IMG/VR virus record: IMGVR_UViG_3300021255_001592
DNA from: an uncultured virus (IMG/VR IMGVR_UViG_3300021255_001592)
Lineage: Duplodnaviria; Heunggongvirae; Uroviricota; Caudoviricetes; Crassvirales
Length of the DNA: 64,000 bases
Reading direction: 5' to 3' (one strand)
Under the pieces are notes generated by a model. It searched no databases. It was not told where the DNA came from and saw nothing but the letters and a program-made list of their open reading frames with translations. The translations under genes and the position numbers were made by a program. Below are positions 58,164 through 64,000 of the stretch, piece by piece (position 1 is the first letter of the stretch; each line of letters begins with the position of its first letter).

Positions 58164-58565
58164 TTAATCACTTTCCTCTATTAACTTTTTAATTTGATGA
58201 TATTCTGGATAAATTCTTGGATACTCCTCCGCATCCAAGGCTTTGTTGTAATGGAATATGACAGATGAATGATTCATTCCCAAAGCCTTGGCTATAGAAT
58301 GATATGTGAATCCTTTGTCTCTTAATATTTTACAGACTACTCTTCTTGCGCATACTATGTTAACTTCTCTTGATTTACTGTGTACATTTATACCAGCCTT
58401 ATCCAAGATGGTATCACATAGCTTGTTGCACTCATTGGCGCACTTCTTATCTCTCTCTGTTAAGAGGGCGTCCTGGTTTATAACATTAAGTCTTCTTGCT
58501 ACTGCGGCTCTCTGATGAGCATCTAAGTCATCAAGAAGTTTAAGACAAAGTTCAAAACTGTTCAT
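58164..58565 (-). CDS. DnaA C-terminal-like HTH protein
   Basis: KSREVNIVCARR..YHSIAKALGMNHSSVIF resembles DnaA domain IV. Confidence 0.7.
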   Translation of the reverse strand: MNSFELCLKLLDDLDAHQRAAVARRLNVINQDALLTERDKKCANECNKLCDTILDKAGINVHSKSREVNIVCARRVVCKILRDKGFTYHSIAKALGMNHSSVIFHYNKALDAEEYPRIYPEYHQIKKLIEESD

Positions 58566-59617
58566 TACTTATAGTAAGAGTCTATCCAAGACCTAAGATT
58601 ATTAGGCAATACTTGAGAAATTCCTTCAGGAACCTCAGGGGTTCGTTTGAGATAAGAATCAAGAGTTCTTACAAGATCTCTCCAGTTAGGAATCTCATTC
58701 CTGCCATAGGTGAATGGTAACTCAGACTGAGTTTCAGTGAATACCCAAGCAAGAGGAATCTTTGGCTGACCAATCTGATTATTGACAACCACAAACCTAT
58801 AGTCAAGCAACTTGTAATTCTTGAATACATCACTCTTATTCATATTCTGCCTGATAATATACCAGTACAGCTGAGCCTGAATAAAGTATCTCCAGTCAAT
58901 GAATGACTTATAGAAGTCCCATTCCTTGTGACTTGAGGTTTTGAGGTCTATAGGGCAAACAAACTTATTAATATGGTCGCAATAGAGGAGGTCACTCATA
59001 CACCTTACATCATATCCCTCAAATGTCCCTTTGAACTTCAACTGGTAACATCTCTCAATACCATCATTGAATGGATCATCATCAGCAAAGTATGTTTGTG
59101 TGGCTGAAGATGTCTTCAAAGCATCCACAGCCTTAAGAGCATCATTGTACACTTCATTACTGATTAGTGTCTTGCTGTCAGATACAGTAAGAAGGTCATA
59201 ATACTCTTTACCACATTCCCTTATTACCTTTATTCTTGTCTCTGCTTTCCAGTTCATCTGGAACTGATTCTCCTCAATAGCGGAATTAAAGACATCATCA
59301 GGTATCTGTTCCCATGGTGTGTTACCCATAGTTCTCAGATATACACTTTTAATGACTTTAATTCTGCTATCAGCAAGCTCAGGAAAATCAGCGACAAGGA
59401 ATCTCTCATTGAACTCATCTTTTGAGCCTGTGATAAGACAGTCAACAAGAGAGCCATAAGTAAGAGATGGAGAATCAACCCTATCAAACAGAGAGCTTAG
59501 GTTATTAAAGCCTTCTCTCTGGAATTTGGCTAGGGTTGAATAGCTATATGCTGGATCTTGCCTATAGACACTCTCAGGAACATCCCAGGCTATAGAAGAT
59601 AAACTTACTCTAGACAT
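58565..59617 (-). CDS. PD-(D/E)XK exonuclease (RecE/ExoVIII-like)
   Basis: YSYSTL, GSLVDCL, CMSDLL...IDLKTS, Y.IQAQLY motifs. Confidence 0.75.
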   Translation of the reverse strand: MSRVSLSSIAWDVPESVYRQDPAYSYSTLAKFQREGFNNLSSLFDRVDSPSLTYGSLVDCLITGSKDEFNERFLVADFPELADSRIKVIKSVYLRTMGNTPWEQIPDDVFNSAIEENQFQMNWKAETRIKVIRECGKEYYDLLTVSDSKTLISNEVYNDALKAVDALKTSSATQTYFADDDPFNDGIERCYQLKFKGTFEGYDVRCMSDLLYCDHINKFVCPIDLKTSSHKEWDFYKSFIDWRYFIQAQLYWYIIRQNMNKSDVFKNYKLLDYRFVVVNNQIGQPKIPLAWVFTETQSELPFTYGRNEIPNWRDLVRTLDSYLKRTPEVPEGISQVLPNNLRSWIDSYYK

Positions 59618-60021
59618 AAACTCTTTATCTTTAAAATACTGTTTTTTAATCCTCTTATAGTATGAACTTCGATAAAAATACTGTTGGGGTTATCTTTGAT
59701 GGCATTAAGAAACATCTTTTTCTTTATGACATATCTGTCAGTAGCCCAGCCTTTAACCTCCATATACACCGTGTACTTGCCTATAGTAGCAACAAAGTCA
59801 GGAGTATATGTTATGGCTCTTGTCTTTTCCCAGTGCTCCTCAGAGTCAATGTAATATGGATTAATAGACTTGAAGCCTTCTTGAAGAATAATCTTTTCAG
59901 GCTCATAAAGAAATTGCAGTCCTTGTCCCTCAAGCTCTTTACAGACACTTACCTCAAGCTTGCTTCTATACTTGGTGCCATTATAGACAAGCCCACCAGC
60001 ATTTCTTACCTTTTTATTCAT
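59605..60021 (-). CDS. T7 endonuclease I/DUF1064-like nuclease (Holliday junction resolvase candidate)
   Basis: YRSKLE, YEP, YTPDF, EVKG motifs. Confidence 0.75.
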   Translation of the reverse strand: MNKKVRNAGGLVYNGTKYRSKLEVSVCKELEGQGLQFLYEPEKIILQEGFKSINPYYIDSEEHWEKTRAITYTPDFVATIGKYTVYMEVKGWATDRYVIKKKMFLNAIKDNPNSIFIEVHTIRGLKNSILKIKSLCLE

Positions 60022-60022
60022 A

Positions 60023-60688
60023 CTATACCCAACTAATGATACTTTTACCAGCCATTCTTAAGAATCCATTAACCTGATTAAACACATCAGGAAAAGGAGT
60101 TGAGGTTCTGACACAAAATGATGGATGCACAGTAGACGCTATTCCAGCATTATCCCCTATATATGGTCTGAAGGAGTTCGCTATTCCTCCAGACAATATA
60201 TATACAAGGTCTGGTTTTATCCAAGAAATCTTGGATAAGAAATCACTGATTACAGGTCTCCAAATCATAGTGTGCTTGCCTATCTCACCCACCTTTGTAG
60301 TCAATGATGAATTAAGCATCAGAACACCTTGCTCCTCCCAATTCTTAAGTGTGAGGTCAAAGTTACAATCTTCAACATTCTTATCCAAGTATTTGCAGGC
60401 ATAGTTTCTTAGAATTTTAAGAGAGGGAGATACTCTTTCAGCTGGAGTCTCCATCTTGTTTCCAAATGCTATACCTGTAGCAATACCTGATTGTGGGTAA
60501 GGGTCTTGACCAAGCCATATCACCTTAAGTTTCTCATAAGGGCAATATGCGAAAGCGTCAAATAATGAATCCGCATTTGGAGTTATTGGTCCAGAAAGGC
60601 TATTCAGAGCTTTAGTTACCAATTTACCGTTTACTGGATACTTTCTTATGTTACTGACCTGCCCCAATGTACTCATAGGCTTCCTCAC
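60023..60688 (-). CDS. ung: uracil-DNA glycosylase, family 1
   Basis: LGQDPYP, GIAF, WEEQGVLMLNSSLT, HPS motifs. Confidence 0.88.
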   Translation of the reverse strand: MRKPMSTLGQVSNIRKYPVNGKLVTKALNSLSGPITPNADSLFDAFAYCPYEKLKVIWLGQDPYPQSGIATGIAFGNKMETPAERVSPSLKILRNYACKYLDKNVEDCNFDLTLKNWEEQGVLMLNSSLTTKVGEIGKHTMIWRPVISDFLSKISWIKPDLVYILSGGIANSFRPYIGDNAGIASTVHPSFCVRTSTPFPDVFNQVNGFLRMAGKSIISWV

Positions 60689-61226
60689 TTTTTAAGAATT
60701 TGGAAATATCGTCTTGATAATTGATGCTGGTTGGTCTTGGTAAGTTGACGATATATTTATCTATATCATCTTCGACAACTATCTTGAGATCATATACTCC
60801 TTCAGCATAACCCAGTATCTGGTTCTTTATACCATTATACCATATTGTCTTTGTGTCAAGGATAAACTGTTTACTCAAGTGCGCCACATACCCATGTGTA
60901 GCCTTTCCTATTATATAAATAATATGAAAATGTCCAGAAGAATCTCTTTCCATACCTATAACAGGATGAACATACACCTCTTTGTCTGATTTACCTATCT
61001 TCATTCTATGAATAAGTATAGAGCATCCTGTAATTGAACCAGCAGCAGAAGGAAAAGATGGTCTGGGCTCTACAATATTTGATACTATTATAGGATAAAA
61101 CTTAGGATGTCTTTGCTGTCTTGATGAATCCAACACACAGTCATCAGGACATCTTATGTAAAGTACAGAGTCATTTAAGCTATATACAGAATTTATACTT
61201 GAATCTAAAAACCTATATACATTCAT
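60651..61226 (-). CDS. hypothetical protein coupled to ThiF gene
   Basis: 191-aa ORF, TAATG stop/start overlap with upstream gene. Confidence 0.7.
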   Translation of the reverse strand: MNVYRFLDSSINSVYSLNDSVLYIRCPDDCVLDSSRQQRHPKFYPIIVSNIVEPRPSFPSAAGSITGCSILIHRMKIGKSDKEVYVHPVIGMERDSSGHFHIIYIIGKATHGYVAHLSKQFILDTKTIWYNGIKNQILGYAEGVYDLKIVVEDDIDKYIVNLPRPTSINYQDDISKFLKSEEAYEYIGAGQ

Positions 61227-62281
61227 TATATATCAGTTTTAAGCCACATCATTTCACCAAGATACTCTGTCTTGAATGGAATCTCTCTGGCTGCACCACC
61301 ATCAAGTCCTGAAGCGACAAAGTTGACAAACACATTAGTGATTATAGAAGCTATCATATTAGCCATGAATGAGGTTTGTTTATATGAGCAAATCTCTGAG
61401 TCGGCCTCATAATCATTAAACAGTGTGGCCTCATACCTTTTCCAGTCACTCTCACAGTCTCCAGACACAGCGAATACCTGAAGAGTCTCCGCTGCTAACC
61501 TACCATCAATAAACAGGCATTCCTTCCTTCTTTCTTGTGGAAGCTCCCTAATAGTTGTCAGCCATGTATAAAATACAGTCCTTCTTGCTGCCATAGAATC
61601 AAGGCATGCGATGACTATATCTGAATGCAAGCTTCCGGTGTCAAATCTTTCGTTTATCACAGTAGTGTTATGGTAGTAGCTGTATTTAGTTATGGCATTA
61701 GCGACAGCATCAACCTTGAATCTGTCAACATCTTCAGTAGAATAAAACTGCCCAGACAGATTTCCAAGTTCCACAATATCATCATCGTAAAGCAATAAGG
61801 ATCTGACCCCAAGTCTGCTGATTAACAGACTTGTCCATGAGCCTATTCCTCCTTGACCTACAATAGTGACCTGTTCATTGGCAATTTTGTCATACCACAT
61901 AGCACCTGAGAATCTTGAAGTAGCCTCAGCAGCAATTCTTGACCTGACTATTGGAGTAGAAGATTCTGGTGTTTCTTGCTGCTGGCTCTCTTGATTTTGA
62001 GTTACAGCATCAACATCATTATTCTCCTCTTCATCTTCCTCGTCTTCCTCGTCTTCTTCAAATTCATCAGGCAAGGTAACATCATTAATGGAAGCATCAG
62101 AGTCAGGAGATGTTTGTGGTTCATTATTGAGCATCCCAGAAAACATTTCCTGAATATCCAAAGCCTCAGACTCAGTTATCTGAACAGTATCTGTCTGATT
62201 GTTATTAGAATCAGGCAAAGACTGCGGCACTGTGGCATGTGACTGTGTCGCAGCCATTAACCTCTCTCTTAAATTTGTCAT
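61226..62281 (-). CDS. ThiF/E1-like ubiquitin-activating enzyme with acidic disordered N-terminus
   Basis: VTIVGQGGIGS, YDDDIVELGNLSGQ, KVDA, CLDSMAARR, IDGR, candidate catalytic Cys in EICSYKQT; start placed at ATG 62281 (TAATG overlap). Confidence 0.88.
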   Translation of the reverse strand: MTNLRERLMAATQSHATVPQSLPDSNNNQTDTVQITESEALDIQEMFSGMLNNEPQTSPDSDASINDVTLPDEFEEDEEDEEDEEENNDVDAVTQNQESQQQETPESSTPIVRSRIAAEATSRFSGAMWYDKIANEQVTIVGQGGIGSWTSLLISRLGVRSLLLYDDDIVELGNLSGQFYSTEDVDRFKVDAVANAITKYSYYHNTTVINERFDTGSLHSDIVIACLDSMAARRTVFYTWLTTIRELPQERRKECLFIDGRLAAETLQVFAVSGDCESDWKRYEATLFNDYEADSEICSYKQTSFMANMIASIITNVFVNFVASGLDGGAAREIPFKTEYLGEMMWLKTDI

Positions 62282-63345
62282 TACCAACCCATTATTTCAA
62301 TAACAATATCAAATAACCTGTTAAGGACATCATTGACTTTATCTGCCATAAGTTTGTTATCACAGACAAAATCATAGTCCTCTATAAATAGAGTGAGGTC
62401 ATTGCATAAGTTTGAGAAAGCAAGTGAATCCTCGTCGCTTCCACACTCTTTCTTAAGTGATGAAAGCATCCTCTTTTTAAGGACAGTATCAGAAGTCTTT
62501 CCTTTCTTCAGGAACTCCTGCACACATTCAGTGATGTTTCCATATGGCTTGTCAGGACATAAGGTTTTCTTTATTATCCTCTCACAAGCAGTTGGATTTA
62601 TCACAACATCAGATGCTTCGATGTCTTCAATCTCATCAGTGTCAAACATCTTTAGTTGTACAGGAGTGTTATAATACACATTCGAGTCTTTTTTATTTGA
62701 ATCTTTCTTTTCTTGAAGAATAGACTCTATCTTATCACTGACATCATCAAACCAAGAATCTCTCTCAACTGTAATGTCAAGATAATTATACCTGATACAC
62801 GTATCAGAGAAGCTTTTTTCTGTAGGTACTGTCAGAGACTCTGATCCTCCACCGAAAGCATCCACAGACTCATCCACAGTTCCCCTGAACCATCTTGTTA
62901 TCCTACTGGTAATTGCCGCAGTGTATTCGCCTTTATTATTGACAATAAGACTCACAAAATGAGGCATTGAGCTGCCTTCTGACTTTAAGGTGTCTGTATC
63001 AGTTCCGCTGAAAAACGACCCCATGCGATTGTGAGAATGCAGCAACCCGATATAACAATCGAGTAAATCATTGTCACACATATAGGTAATTACCTCTGGT
63101 TTAGTCTCAAACTCAGTGTATGTAGAGGTTCCTATGTCACAAAGGCAGAAATCGACGCAGACAATCTTCAAGCTGTTATCATTAAATGACCCTTCTACCT
63201 TATAAAACAGGGCTCCAGAATACTCCCTGTCATTAAACATGGCACACAGGTATCGTATCTTATCCTCTAGAGATTTTGTTACAGTAAGCTTGTACTTGGT
63301 CTCGTCCCTAACAAGCTTTATTTGATTGTTGCTCTTGTTCTCCAT
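62281..63345 (-). CDS. JAB/MPN+ metalloprotease (deubiquitinase-like)
   Basis: EYSG glutamate plus IGLLHSHNRMGSFFSGTD (HxH-x7-S-x2-D JAMM motif), SLIVNNKG. Confidence 0.88.
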   Translation of the reverse strand: MENKSNNQIKLVRDETKYKLTVTKSLEDKIRYLCAMFNDREYSGALFYKVEGSFNDNSLKIVCVDFCLCDIGTSTYTEFETKPEVITYMCDNDLLDCYIGLLHSHNRMGSFFSGTDTDTLKSEGSSMPHFVSLIVNNKGEYTAAITSRITRWFRGTVDESVDAFGGGSESLTVPTEKSFSDTCIRYNYLDITVERDSWFDDVSDKIESILQEKKDSNKKDSNVYYNTPVQLKMFDTDEIEDIEASDVVINPTACERIIKKTLCPDKPYGNITECVQEFLKKGKTSDTVLKKRMLSSLKKECGSDEDSLAFSNLCNDLTLFIEDYDFVCDNKLMADKVNDVLNRLFDIVIEIMGW

Positions 63346-64000
63346 ATTTATAATTAACTAATTGAGTAATAGTTGAATATATCCAAGATATAATAGAAGT
63401 GTCTACCACAGATACATAAGAGATATTCCCACTGTCAGATGCTGTGATAACTAATGGTTTATTGACACCCTTGAATGTTATGTATATATCATTATGCACT
63501 CCAGGATTTATAGAAGACGTGTTGCTACTGGTATACAATTCACCATTTTTTAATATGTAATTGCGGGACTTGTTATGCCAATGACTGATATGATATTCAT
63601 CATCATAGGCAAGGGCAGCTTTACTGACAAGTAGTACAAAATCAATATCAGACATGGCTATCTTATATCTTCCCTTATTATATACTACCGGAATGTCATA
63701 CTTTTCAACAAGCCATCTATATAATAAGATGTCATAAGAATCGGTGGTGTGATACTTTATCATTGAGCATATAATCCGTAGATTTACTTTGTATCCAGCG
63801 CCTATGGTTGAAAGTCTTCTATATGGAACTCCAGCTATAGATTCTGTCTTGGTATAAAGGTCAAGCTCTCCACAAAACAATGTCCATAATCCCTCATCGA
63901 AACTTAAGGTCAATGAGCTCATAGTGCTGTTTATTGGTCCAGTGCCGAAACAAAGGGTGCTATACTCATTGGAGTTGGTAGGAACTCCGTGACTACAATG
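63308..64000 (-). CDS. putative prokaryotic E2-like conjugating enzyme (5'-truncated by window)
   Basis: Frame is open beyond the track's ATG to the window end: HCSHGVPTNSNEYSTLCFGTGPINST-MSSL; H..H-x12-C-x-G resembles the E2 HPN/HPH...CLG active site; adjacent to JAB and E1. Confidence 0.6.
   Translation of the reverse strand, partial: HCSHGVPTNSNEYSTLCFGTGPINSTMSSLTLSFDEGLWTLFCGELDLYTKTESIAGVPYRRLSTIGAGYKVNLRIICSMIKYHTTDSYDILLYRWLVEKYDIPVVYNKGRYKIAMSDIDFVLLVSKAALAYDDEYHISHWHNKSRNYILKNGELYTSSNTSSINPGVHNDIYITFKGVNKPLVITASDSGNISYVSVVDTSIISWIYSTITQLVNYKYGEQEQQSNKAC

Larger units (their letters stand above)
1..64000. mobile_element. crAss-like bacteriophage genome segment (Crassvirales, probably Steigviridae/PhiCrAss001-like)
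   Basis: Crassvirales-type major capsid, auxiliary capsid, ring/muzzle/cargo gene order, giant virion RNAP with DFDxD, PolA, ThyX, Bacteroidota TAnnTTTG promoters; no host housekeeping genes. Confidence 0.95.

Noticed and set aside
1..64000. Stop-codon reassignment (TAG=Gln or TGA=Trp) as in some crAss-like phages
   Set aside because: Long genes are intact under the standard code and TAG/TGA end genes at sensible positions (e.g. MCP ends in TAG)

Overview
This 64 kb window is a fragment of a crAss-like (Crassvirales) bacteriophage of a Bacteroidota host. The major and auxiliary capsid proteins closely resemble those I recall from PhiCrAss001 (Steigviridae/beta-like); that is recognition from memory, not an alignment. 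The standard genetic code is used. The + strand (1-38.1 kb) carries tail-fibre/receptor-binding genes, an accessory Gly-rich membrane cassette, Ig/BACON fibre genes, lysis genes, scaffold, major capsid, ring/hub/muzzle tail genes and cargo proteins. The - strand (38.1-64 kb) carries a large cargo protein, a 3944-aa virion RNA polymerase, thyX, a thioredoxin-like gene, a family A DNA polymerase, an aspartyl protease, nucleases and UDG. It ends in a tightly coupled E2-like/JAB/E1(ThiF) trio that looks like a phage-encoded ubiquitin-like conjugation system. Four things stand out. (1) The E1-JAB-E2 operon; its E2 catalytic-type motif lies in an upstream extension missed by the ORF track. (2) An RNAP with five putative effector domains at its N-terminus (GNAT, ADP-ribosyltransferase, zincin, SLOG, macro-like). 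(3) Recurrent xxxGG motifs in a cargo protein and in an unannotated 44-aa basic peptide. (4) Split BACON domains that suggest head-to-tail fibre polymerisation. No tRNA, CRISPR array, intron or intein was recognised.
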